This document shows positions 29,239-40,738 of a stretch of 64,000 nucleotides of DNA, piece after piece. Every line of letters starts with the position of its first letter. Position 1 is the stretch's first letter. Below the pieces are notes generated by a model. It was not told the DNA's origin and ran no database searches. It saw only the letters and a program-made list of their open reading frames with translations. A program made the translations under genes and the position numbers. Source of the DNA: Zygnema circumcarinatum SAG 698-1b (taxonomy: Eukaryota; Plantae; Zygnematophyceae); assembly GCA_037447605.1 (NCBI GenBank), contig CM074812.1:2294001-2358000 (forward strand). Reading direction: 5' to 3'.

Positions 29239-30150
29239 TCATACTATTGGCACGGAAGCAAACGACCTAAAAAAGCGCAGCACGTCTCCTGTCCACTCCT
29301 CCTTAGTGGAGTCTGCATGCAGTACATGGCACCCATTTCTGAATAACTGGAACGAACCCAACGGGTAAGTCCCCAATGTATATGCTGCCACCTGCGGGTT
29401 TAGGAGGGAAATAGAAAGTTCAGAGCAGGTGGCTGCAATGTCTCCAGATTGCAGCTCTAAGGGGACGGTGATCCCCTCTACAGCTTCCCTTATATCGATA
29501 TCAAGCTCCAAAATCGTTGGCTCGCAATCATCTATGTCGAAAGCTCGCAGAGCTGCACTCGCACTCATAGCCATGGGCAGCATCTTCACTCCCGCAGTAT
29601 CAAAAGCAAGAAACTCGCTCTCTGTCATGTTACGCAAAGCCCTAACAGGGGCGCCGGTGGTCTGCGAAACCACGAGCGATTCTGTGATGTTCGGGGGATC
29701 TCCAGCTCTTCGCCGCCATGGCGGCTCTTCCAGAAGAAGGGCTCGGACAAGGTCAGGGCGAAGCTTAGCCACTCTTGCAGCGGTCGCGGCACCCATGGAA
29801 TGGGCCATAAGGAAGACGGGCTTCCCTTTGCCGAACCTAATGAGCACAGCTATGGCGTCGGCGACAAGATTCTCCATCAGCAAGGAGCCCTTTGGAATAG
29901 GAGACGAGTTTCCATGGCCTCTCGCGTCAGGAAGAATCACCTCGAACTCCTGCGTGAAGCTGCTTGCCGGCTCTATGAGGGTTCCGCCGCTCGTGACCAG
30001 GCCATGGAGGAAGATGAGGATGGGGAGCGCAGCGGCGGCGGCGGGAGAGCCCAAACCGGACGGCGGCAGACTGCGGTAGTAGTGGATGCTGATGTTGTTG
30101 GCGGGGAAAAAGCCGGTCGACCACATGCCGTCCGCCATGACCGTGGCCAT
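29239..30150 (-). CDS. Intronless bacterial-type alpha/beta-fold hydrolase (abhydrolase_1/6), ~303 aa
   Basis: Single uninterrupted ORF from MATVMADG: WSTGFFPANNISIHYYRS, ILIFLHG, VILPDARGHGNS, nucleophile elbow AHSMGAATA, LVRALLLEEPPW, C-terminal GCHVLH. Confidence 0.9.
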   Translation of the reverse strand: MATVMADGMWSTGFFPANNISIHYYRSLPPSGLGSPAAAAALPILIFLHGLVTSGGTLIEPASSFTQEFEVILPDARGHGNSSPIPKGSLLMENLVADAIAVLIRFGKGKPVFLMAHSMGAATAARVAKLRPDLVRALLLEEPPWRRRAGDPPNITESLVVSQTTGAPVRALRNMTESEFLAFDTAGVKMLPMAMSASAALRAFDIDDCEPTILELDIDIREAVEGITVPLELQSGDIAATCSELSISLLNPQVAAYTLGTYPLGSFQLFRNGCHVLHADSTKEEWTGDVLRFFRSFASVPIV

Positions 30151-31649
30151 GGCTGCCGCACCCTCCCTCCCTCCCGTCCCCTCCCCTCCCTCCCTCCCTC
30201 CCCTCCCCGCTCTTTCTCTATCCCTCTCCCTCTCCCTCTCCTCTCTCCCTCCCTCCCGCTCCGCTTCCCACGCTTCTCGCCGGCTCACTCCCGCTACGGC
30301 TGTCGCGCGCGCGCGCCCACTGACGAATCAGCGCACGCCACGTGGAAAGCTATGCATGGGTCCATGCGGCCTATGGGCCCGTGACATGGCACTTGGCATG
30401 GGACACACATGACATGACGTGACGTGACGTGACGTGACGTGATATGACATGACATGACATGGCACATGGCATGGGACACACATGACATGACATGGCATGG
30501 CTGGGCATATGGCATGGCGGCGAGGCATCCATCCATCATACATGGCATGGCGTCATGGTGCCTACCACACGGCCATCCATGATGGCACTATGCCACGGAT
30601 TGGCAGAGTTTCCTCTGCCCTCAGCACCGTACCTCCTCCGCTGATAGATTCCAGCATGTACGGATGGCACATTCCCAGCCCTTCGATTGAACTGCAAAAC
30701 CGTCAAGAGTTTGTTAGAGCCATTGCAAGTGCTTGTACACAAGATTGTCCACGTTTTACATTTCATGGCCTCGCCATCGTGAGTTCAATGCCATGATTTT
30801 TTTCCAAAGAATGTCCGTCTGAACAAATTAATGCCATATGTAAATGGAAATACTGGTACCCTTGGTTTTAGCAATCCAGCACAGATCGGACCATTGGATC
30901 GGCATTGCCATTACCAATGGTTGGCAATGGTGATGGCAATGGTTCGCAAACACTGGTTGGAATGGTTGAGAACCATTGGACGCAACCAATGATGAATCCA
31001 TGGTTGCAACCATTGTGATGGTTGGCTGAGTCTCGAATCAATAGTTGCCAGCAACTCCAATGGTTGAGGCAATGGTTGGTCAGATATTTGCAATGCAGTA
31101 TGAGATTGCGGAGAGAGCGGAATTCTGATGCGGAATTCGATTCTAGTAAAATTCCCTAAAACTGTACTGCACAAAAAACAAAAAACTGTAAACTAGGACG
31201 CGACAGTGTTGTACGAAATTTCACTAAACGCCAACCGTCAGATCCGATCTTGTTCCGTAAGAGGCGTAACAAGAATTCAGTAACTCGAAGCGAATTTTAA
31301 AGAAGAATAAATAATGCGCAGAGTACTTCATTTTAACTGACTTACTTTTTCAGATCCTGCCTGGCAGGCGGCCAACCGTCCGCCAATCCTTGTCCAGGAA
31401 GACGTTTTTTAGAATACGTACAAAACAAAAAATCTTTTGAATGGTCTTTCATTTTGCCATGTACTACATTGTAGTTTAGTTCTGACAGCACTTTTTGCAG
31501 CCGCATTATTACAATTAAAATTAGTATACGTACAGTGCAAGATGTCAATTTAATTCTGAGATAAATGTGCGATGTACGTTTTCAAGAAAACGCTTCGATC
31601 GTCTCGTTTTAAGTCGCATCCCGGCAAAATCCGAAAATTTCCAAGCGAT

Positions 31650-33551
31650 CAGTCAGAATAACTTTTGATTCCTGCCCGAAGATTTCTGATTGGCCAAATC
31701 TACAAAAGATTCCTTTAAGCCGCCGTTTGAACCAGTCACAGTCCTCCAAATCTGCCCGTAAAACATCGTAACCAATCAGATACCCTCCTTCCTTGCACCA
31801 TTTTCTTTTTAAATGAAATCTATCCTTTCCGTGCAGCATGTAAAATGGTTTTTTTCTTTTTTTACCTGCCCGGTTTTATCCAGTCGCTCCGCCACCAACC
31901 ATCATCAATCCTCCGCAGAAATCAAAAAAACCAAAACTAAGTACCAGATTTCAGTTTTTTGCTGAAAACCAGACATCAGATTCTGGTTTTTGCTGAAAAC
32001 CAGACACTAGATTCTGGTCTTTGCTGGAAACCAGACACCAGATTTTGGTTTTTTTCCAGAAACCAGAAACCGGGAGCCCATGCCAAGTCTTTGAGCCCTG
32101 AGCGGTCCCTCCAAGCCTTTATTGCAACCCACAGCTTTAATTCGTCCAATGGGGAACCGCCACGTGGAATTTATTGTACACGTGACGAATTTCTATTGGA
32201 GAAGCCGACGACAGATTTGCAATAGAGGAAGGTCCAGATCCAGATCGGATCCAGCGAAGGAGAGGGAGAGAGACAGGGAGGGAGAGAGGGGAGAGGGAGA
32301 GGACGAGAGGGAGAGGGAGAGGCAGAGGGAGAGGGAGAGGCTGTGATAATGGTTAAGGGGGAGAGAGACAGACAGCTGGACATTAGATAAACAGAAAAAA
32401 AGCGAGGGAGACTGTGTGTGTGAGAGAGAGAGAGGGAGGGAGAGAGAGAGAGAGGGAGGGAGGGAGAGAGAGAGGGAGGGAGAGAGGCCGATGACGAACG
32501 AGGACGTGCTGAGAGAGAGAGTTGCGACCTTGGAGAAGCGTCTCGCGGGCTGGCGGAGCCCCCCCCACCCCTCGGCCAGCACCACCAAGGAGGTGGTACT
32601 GCAGGTGCTCCTCTCTCTCTCTCTCGCTCTCTCTCGCTCTTTCTCGCTCTCTCTCGCCCACTCTCTCTTTCTCTCTCTCTCTCTCGCTCTCTCTCGCTCT
32701 CTCGCCCACTCTCTCTCTCGCTCTCTCTCGCTCTCTCTCGCTCTCTCTCGCCCGCTCTCTCTTTCTCTCTCTCTCTCTCGATCTGCTCTCTCTTTATACT
32801 CTCTTCCTCTCTCTCTCTTTCCCTTCCCCACTTTCTCTCTCTCTGTCACTCTCGTCCTCCTCACTCTCTAATAATCTCTCTCCCCTCACCCAACTCTCTC
32901 GATGCCTCACTCCCTCTTTCTCTCTGTACTCCTTTTTCTCTCCCTCGTCTCCCTTGCTCTCTTACATTCTCTCTCTCTCGCTTTCCCTTCCCCTCTTTAT
33001 CCCTCTCATCCCGCTTCCTCTAACAATCTCTCTCCTCCCTCTCTCTCCCTTCCTTCCCACTGTCTCTCCTGCCTCTCTATCTCACTCTTCCTCTCTTACC
33101 ACTCTCTCCCCTGTTTCTCCCTCTCTCTCACTCTCCCTGTCTCCCCCCCTCTCTCTCCCTCCCCTCCCCACTTTTGCAGGACTCCGACGACCTCCCCCTC
33201 CCCTCCCGCCACCGCCGCCTCCCTCCTGACCTCTCCCACCTCCCCTGCAGTCAGTCCCTCCCCTCCTCCGAACTCCCCTCCCACCTCTCCCACTCCACTC
33301 CCTCTGCCTCCCTCTCCCTCCGCCACCCCCCTCCTCCCCCTCCTCCCGCTCTCAAGCCCCGCATCCCTCTCCCTCCCACCCACTCCTCTCCCCTTCCCGG
33401 ACCCTTCCACCGCTCCTCTCCCACCCCTCCCCTCCCTCCCCACATCTCCCGTTCTCCGTGGGGCCCAACGGAACCCTCCCCCAGTTCCCTGTTGGAAGAA
33501 CTGGAATCCGTTAAACGGTGCAGCATGGATCTTGAAGAGAGAGCCAAAAAT
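31650..33551 (+). repeat. Duplicate copy of 33562-35082 (promoter, exon 1 and partial exon 2 of the coiled-coil gene), ending at an N gap
   Basis: Near-identical at offset 1912. The copies abut across the 10-N gap at 33552-33561. Copy 1 has ~370 extra bp of CT-rich intron. Confidence 0.85.
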
Positions 33552-34402
33552 NNNNNNNNNNCAGTCAGAATAACTTTTGATTCCTGCCCGAAGATTTCTG
33601 ATTGGCCAAATCTACAAAAGATTCCTTTAAGCCGCCGTTTGAACCAGTCACAGTCCTCCAAATCTGCCCGTAAAACATCGTAACCAATCAGATACCCTCC
33701 TTCCTTGCACCATTTTCTTTTTAAATGAAATCTATCCTTTCCGTGCAGCATGTAAAATGGTTTTTTTCTTTTTTTACCTGCCCGGTTTTATCCAGTCGCT
33801 CCGCCACCAACCATCATCAATCCTCCGCAGAAATCAAAAAAACCAAAACTAAGTACCAGATTTCAGTTTTTTGCTGAAAACCAGACATCAGATTCTGGTT
33901 TTTGCTGAAAACCAGACACTAGATTCTGGTCTTTGCTGGAAACCAGACACCAGATTTTGGTTTTTTTCCAGAAACCAGAAACCGGGAGCCCATGCCAAGT
34001 CTTTGAGCCCTGAGCGGTCCCTCCAAGCCTTTATTGCAACCCACAGCTTTAATTCGTCCAATGGGGAACCGCCACGTGGAATTTATTGTACACGTGACGA
34101 ATTTCTATTGGAGAAGCCGACGACAGATTTGCAATAGAGGAAGGTCCAGATCCAGATCGGATCCAGCGAAGGAGAGGGAGAGAGACAGGGAGGGAGAGAG
34201 GGGAGAGGGAGAGGACGAGAGGGAGAGGGAGAGGCAGAGGGAGAGGGAGAGGCTGTGATAATGGTTAAGGGGGAGAGAGACAGACAGCTGGACATTAGAT
34301 AAACAGAAAAAAAGCGAGGGAGACTGTGTGTGTGAGAGAGAGAGAGGGAGGGAGAGAGAGAGAGAGGGAGGGAGGGAGAGAGAGAGGGAGGGAGAGAGGC
34401 CG

Positions 34403-36051
34403 ATGACGAACGAGGACGTGCTGAGAGAGAGAGTTGCGACCTTGGAGAAGCGTCTCGCGGGCTGGCGGAGCCCCCCCCACCCCTCGGCCAGCACCACCAA
34501 GGAGGTGGTACTGCAGGTGCTCCTCTCTCTCTCTCTCGTTCCCTTCCCCTCTTTATCCCTCTCATCCCGCTTCCTCTAACAATCTCTCTCCTCCCTCTCT
34601 CTCCCTTCCTTCCCACTGTCTCTCCTGCCTCTCTATCTCACTCTTCCTCTCTTACCACTCTCTCCCCTGTTTCTCCCTCTCTCTCANNNNNNNNNNCCCC
34701 ACTTTTGCAGGACTCCGACGACCTCCCCCTCCCCTCCCGCCACCGCCGCCTCCCTCCTGACCTCTCCCACCTCCCCTGCAGTCAGTCCCTCCCCTCCTCC
34801 GAACTCCCCTCCCACCTCTCCCACTCCACTCCCTCTGCCTCCCTCTCCCTCCGCCACCCCCCTCCTCCCCCTCCTCCCGCTCTCAAGCCCCGCATCCCTC
34901 TCCCTCCCACCCACTCCTCTCCCCTTCCCGGACCCTTCCACCGCTCCTCTCCCACCCCTCCCCTCCCTCCCCACATCTCCCGTTCTCCGTGGGGCCCAAC
35001 GGAACCCTCCCCCAGTTCCCTGTTGGAAGAACTGGAATCCGTTAAACGGTGCAGCATGGATCTTGAAGAGAGAGCCAAAAATGCTGAACATGAAGCTGCT
35101 CTCCTTCGTGCCGACAAAGCCTGCGTTATGCAGGCTCTTGACTATACGAGAAAAGACAATAATGCTCTCCACTTAGTGGGAGAGGAGGCAGAGAAGGTGG
35201 TAGAGCTTGTAAGATGTGAAAATTCGGAGCTTCTAGAGATGGTAGAGGAGCAGCATTCTCTCCTTGCTCAGCAGCAGGCGAGAGCATCCTCCGCAGAGAG
35301 AGAGGTCCATAGATTACATGATGAAGTTAACATAATGAAGGCAGCTCTGCATGCTGGAGATGAGAGGACGGAGGCTCTCCATCAGAGAGCGGAGGCAGCA
35401 GAGAGACTTCTTGCTACCTTCTTAAGGATGGTTCAGAGTGGGAGTAATGGGACTCTCACCATTCCGGCAAACTTCAGTCTTTGGGTCGGAAACCCTAATT
35501 TGGGTGTGGTAGAGGGAGTAGGAGTAGGAGGAGGAGGAGGGGGGGGGTATCACTCTCACTCTCAAAATGGGTTTGGGGGAAACGGTACTTTGCAGACAGA
35601 GGCAACCTACGCCTCTCTCCCTCCCTCCGCTCTCCCTTCCCATCTCCCCTCCCCTTTCCCGGCCCTCCCATCATCTCTCCCTCCTCTCAATTCTCCCTCT
35701 CTACCACCCCCTTCAATGGCAGGAAATCCGGAAAGTTCTATGGGAACACCCCCCCCCCCTGCTTTAAAAGCCATAGGGAGAGTGGTAGGAGCTGGAATTC
35801 TAAGTGAAGATGAAGGGGGAGGAAGCTCTATGGGAGGAGAGAAGTCACCTCAAGGATTAAGTGGTAAGCAGCAGAAGCTTCTTCAGCAGCAGCAGCAGCT
35901 TCTTCTTGCTCTCCTTCAGAAGGGGAAGAGTGAGAGGGAGGAGAGGAGGGAGTGGAAGACTTGGGTAATATATGGAGCTTCTTTAGCAGCCACAGCGGCA
36001 GCAGCAGCGGTAGTGACGAGTTTGGTGATGAGTCACCGGCGGCAGAGGTAG
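34403..36051 (+). CDS. Pro-rich / coiled-coil protein with a C-terminal transmembrane tail anchor (~484 aa), function unknown
   Basis: Exon 1 34403-34516 (MTNEDVLRERVATLEKRL...VVLQ|GT). Exon 2 34711-36051 has a heptad-rich segment (LLEELESVKRCSMDLEERAKNAEHEAALLRADK...AERLLATFLRMV) and the tail WVIYGASLAATAAAAAVVTSLVMSHRRQR*. Confidence 0.78.
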
Positions 36052-38214
36052 TGGGAGAGAGAGAGAGAGGGAGAGATGGTGAGTGGGGGAGGGAGCGGAG
36101 GGAGCGGAGGGAGAGGGGGGGGGGAGGGTGGGAGGGAGGGAGGGTCGGGATCACGGTGAGATATAGGGAGGGAGGGAAAGAAGCGAGGAGGGGGGGAGAG
36201 TGGGAGAGGGAGGTGAGAGAGAGAGGGAGAGATGTGGAGTGGGGGAGGAAGAGGAGGGTGGGAGGGGAACGAGGGGGAGGGAGGGAGGGGATCGCGGAGA
36301 GATATAGGGAGGGAGGGAGGCAAGGAGGCGAGGAGGGGGGGAAAAGTGTGAGGGATGTGAGAGAGGGGGAGAGAGGGAGAGCAGGGGACAGGGAGAGAGC
36401 GAATGGGAGAGGGCAGGAGTACGGAAGGGGCGTGTGGATTGGAGAGAGAGATGGGAGTAGAGCAGAGGGGGAGAGGGAGACGATGACCAAGTGGGAAGAT
36501 AAGGAATGGGACAATGGTAGAGGGGGAGAGTGTGAGTGGGATATGAGAAAAGGAGACAGCTTCTTTACAGTGAGAGGAGCGGTGTGAGAGAGAGAGAAAG
36601 AGAGAGGAGATAACAGGGAAGTGAGAGAGAAGTACTGATACAGCTTTTACTGATGATAATAGCTTTCGTGGTTCTTGGTTTAGGTTTCCTTTGGTTTACA
36701 GTTTACGCCTAATGGTTTAGGGTTAGAGTTTAGAGATTAGGGTTTCTGATTTTAAAGCTGAGGCTCACATCTTCTCAGCAATGCTAGGTATATGAGTAGG
36801 GGGGGGAGGAGAGGGAGAGGGAAGGGGAGGGGAGGGGAGAGAGAGGGAGGGAGGGGAGGGGAGAGAGAGGGAGGGAGGGGAGGAGAGAGGGAGGGAGGAG
36901 AGGGGAGAGAGTGGGAGGGAGGGAGGGGAGGGGAGAGAGAGGGAGAGCGAGAGAGAAGGAAATAGAGGCTGTTGGTGGAGAGAGAGGCAGAGGGAGAGAG
37001 GTCTATGGTCAATTAGGCTTTTTAGGTTTATCCCTATTGCATGCAAATAACAAACAATATCGAACTGCTCGAGATGGAAACAGTGTTCTCGAGAGTTCTT
37101 AAAAGCCAAAAGGTTTATTGCTTACACTTAATGGAAATATTAGGGAAATTAGGGTTTAAGGGGATATTAGGGTTTGAGAAAAACCTAGGGTTAGGGTTCA
37201 GAGAATTAGGGTTTGATGTACATGTGGGAGTGGCCTTAAATGTGACGTCATCGTCATCAAGATTGACATCATCATGTCTTGCAATTTGGGTTGTGGCTTT
37301 TTCTTTGTTTTTGTTCTTTTACACCATGCATTGTATTTGGTGCGGGGACATATTCGGTGGGGCCCACACTGATGCTTGTTCGGCAAACCATATAGCGTGC
37401 AGTTACTATGGGCGGCTCTCTCTCTCTTTCTCTCTCCCTTTCTCTCTGTCTGTCTGTTTGTCTCTCTCTCCCTCCCTCTCCCTGTATGTCTCTCTTTCTC
37501 CCTGTCTCTATCTTCCTCCCTTTGTCTCTCTCTTTCTGTGCATCTCTCTCCCTCTCCCTTTGTCTGCCTTTGTTTCCACCTCTCTCTCTCTGCCACTCTC
37601 TCTGTTTGTCTGTCTGTCTGTCGGTTTGTCTGTCTCTCGCTCTCCCTCTTTCCCTGTAGGTCTCTCTTTCTCCCTGTGCCTCTCTCTCTCCCTCTGTCTC
37701 CCTCTTTCTGTGCATCTCGCCCTCTCTCCCTCTCTCCCCTCTCTCCCCCTCTCTCTTACATCTTACATGTGTTTGTATATATGAATGTCTCGTGTTGACA
37801 TTATGAACTTTAAATTTCCAAAATCAAGCACTAAGTACAAGTGGCAGAAATTGTGGCCCAACATTCTTTAGTCTATATACATCGATCGATTATTCTGACT
37901 CTGGTTTATCGATATTTTTTTCCATTTTTTAAAATTCTTCCAAATTCTTTTTTTTTTTTTTTCATTTTTTTTTTTTTTTTTTTTCATTTTTTTTCATTTT
38001 CTTTATCGTTTTGTTTGTTATGGATAGAATGTTCCCATGTGTTCGAAACATACTGAAGTCACCATTTTTCACTCAACACACAATTTCCGTTAAAGTTCCG
38101 TTACAGCGTCCGCCACTCTTTACATTGACATGTGAATAGTTCAGTTGCCAGAGACCCAAAACTGATAAACTGAAAAGCAGTTCCAAGAAGCCTTCAGGAA
38201 TCGGTCGATCCTCT

Positions 38215-38720
38215 TAAACCCTAAACCCTAAACCCTAAAACTCCTTCAAAGAGCCTAAAGACCTACAGAACCTCTCTCCCTCCCCCCCTTCATCATCGCA
38301 TAGGACTCCCAAAACCCTGAACCCTAACCCCCCCCCGGAAATCTTAAACCCTGATTCAGCCAGAGCATGGACCCAAGAACATAAAACCCCAAAACCCTAC
38401 ACCCTAAACCGTAAACCCAAAACCCCCAAACTTTACACCCTAAACCCTTCACCCCTACCCCCTAACCCCAAAACCCTAACCCCTTAACCCCAAAATCCTA
38501 AACCCTAAACCCCAAAACCCCAAAACTCTAAACCCCTGAACCCCTGAACCCCTGAACCCTAAACGCCAAAACCCCTACACCCTAAACCCCAAACCCCAAA
38601 CCCCTACACCCTAAACCCCTAACCCTCAAAACCCTAAACCCTAAACCCTTAACCCCAAAACCCTAAACCCCTACACCCTAAACACTCAAACCCCAAACCC
38701 CTTACCCTAAACCCTAAACC
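38215..38720 (-). repeat. Degenerate CCCTAAA/CCCCAAA telomere-like array 3' of the plastid hydrolase gene
   Basis: aaaccctaaaccc / cccaaaaccc units. Confidence 0.8.
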
Positions 38721-38761
38721 CCAAACCCTCCCCCCTCCCCCCTCCCCCTTCCCCCTTCCCC

Positions 38762-40704
38762 CTAGAGCGCGTCCAGCCAGCCCCCGAGCGCCGCGTTGAC
38801 CTCCCTGGGCGCCTCGTCGTGGGGGCAGTGCCCGGCGGCGATCCTGACCCTCCGTGCGGAGGGACGGACGGCCAGGATCTGGTCCGCCTTGGCGGGCGTC
38901 ATCCACGGGTCGAGGTCGCCCCAAAGGAGGAGGAGCGGCGCCTCGAGCCGCTCCAAGAGCCGGTTTACGGGCACCGCGGAGGGGTCTAGGAGCACCTGTG
39001 ACGTCAGCCTGACCAATGGGAGGGTGCCACGTGTTAACCGGTGACGTCAGTACGAAGGGTGGGAAGGGGAGATGACGTCAGCAGGGGAGGATGCCACGTG
39101 CTAGATGGTGACGTCAGCATGAAAGGTGGGAATGGGAAGATGACGTCAGCCGAGAGGTGGGGAGGGGAGGGGGAGGGAAGTGAATGAGGGGGATGATGAA
39201 GAGGGGCGTTATTGGGAGTGAAGATGACGTCAGTATGTGACGCATGAAGCATGTGCATGGCATAAAGTGACGTCAACACGATGTCCAACACAAAGATTAG
39301 GTCAAAGGATGGCGTCAGCACGGTCAGGCAGTGAATTGAGTGACAGGATGACACCGACATAGTCACCCCCAGAGTGGTGGATAACTCCTAATGACGTCAG
39401 CAGAGTCACACAGAGTACCGCAAGACATCATCATCGTCACTGCAAAACGCTAGAAGACGCAATGACGTCAGCATAGTCGCATCACCCATCAGTAGAACAA
39501 CAACACATGATGACGTCAACAGTGACGTCAGCAGGTTCCAGTGAGCGCACCTATAGTAGACCTCCGCCGCGTTTTTGTCCTGCGATGGGGACACAATGGA
39601 CCGTACAAGGAGGTCGTCCACGTGGGCGGGGTTGGGGTACACCTGGGAGAGAGGGAGGGAGAGGGAGAGGGGGAGGGAGAGGGAGGGGGANNNNNNNNNN
39701 GGGAGAGGGAGAGGGACAGGGAGAGGGAGGAGGGAGAGAGGGGGAGAGAGGGAGGGAGAGAGGGGGAGAGAGAGAGGGAGGGAGGGGGAGAGAGAGCGGG
39801 GGAGAGAGAGGGAGGGAGGGAGGGGGAGAGAGAGCGGGGGAGAGAGTGGGAGGGGGGGAGGGAGGAGGAGAGAGAGAGCGGGGGAGAGAGAGGGAGGGAG
39901 GGAGGGAGGGAGGGGGAGAGAGAGAGAGGGAGCGAGAGGAGAGCAGGGGAGAGAAAGGGAACGGGGAGAGAGAGAGAGAGGGGGAGAGAGCGGGAGAGAG
40001 GGAGAGGGGGAGAGAAGGGGAGCGAGAGAGAGAGGGAGGAGAGAAAAGGAGAGAGAGAGTGAGAGAGATTGTATGAGATTAGCATATGGGCTTACAAAGT
40101 ACATTAAATATAGTGGGAAATTACATTAACGGAGTTTGAATTACATTGTTTTTTACCTTTTCCTTCACAATTGTGTAATAAAAAGGTAAAGATTTCGAAA
40201 AGCCCACTCTATTGCGAGAGAGAGGGAGAGAGAGAGAGAGGGAAGAGTGGGGCGAGGGCGACATAGGGGGAGAGAGAGAGCGAGAGAGAGGGAGGGGAAA
40301 GAGTGGGGCGAGGGAGACGTAGGAAGACAGACAGAGAGAGGGGGGGGAGAGAGAGAGAGAGAGAGAGAGAAAAAACCCCCAACGTACCGACATAAGAACT
40401 TGCCGAATTCTATTTGGCTGTTTCGCCTGCAAAAATGTCAAGTAAAGGAACGCCTTTTGGGCCGCTTTCTGGACCGGCTCTGTAATTTTTTTGGTCCAAG
40501 ATTTTGGTTTTTCGGTCAGCCCGAAAGCTCCCGGAGCGTCCTCCACTAAGGTGGCCTCACTGGTCCCACTTTTTTTAAGCTGCCCGAGGTCGTTTTTTTC
40601 GACTTTTTCGAACTGCCCGGCGGAGTTCAAAAGGGCCACTCCGCGGACCCACTCGGGATGAGCGGACGCAGTGGAGAGGACGGCGTAGCCACCCACACTG
40701 GAGG

Positions 40705-40738
<34 letters not shown>

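Noticed and set aside
31342-32225. Short ORFs upstream of the coiled-coil gene (e.g. MLHGKDRF..., MLKTRHQI...)
   Set aside because: No recognisable motifs. They overlap promoter-like and repeat sequence and recur only because of the duplicated contig end.
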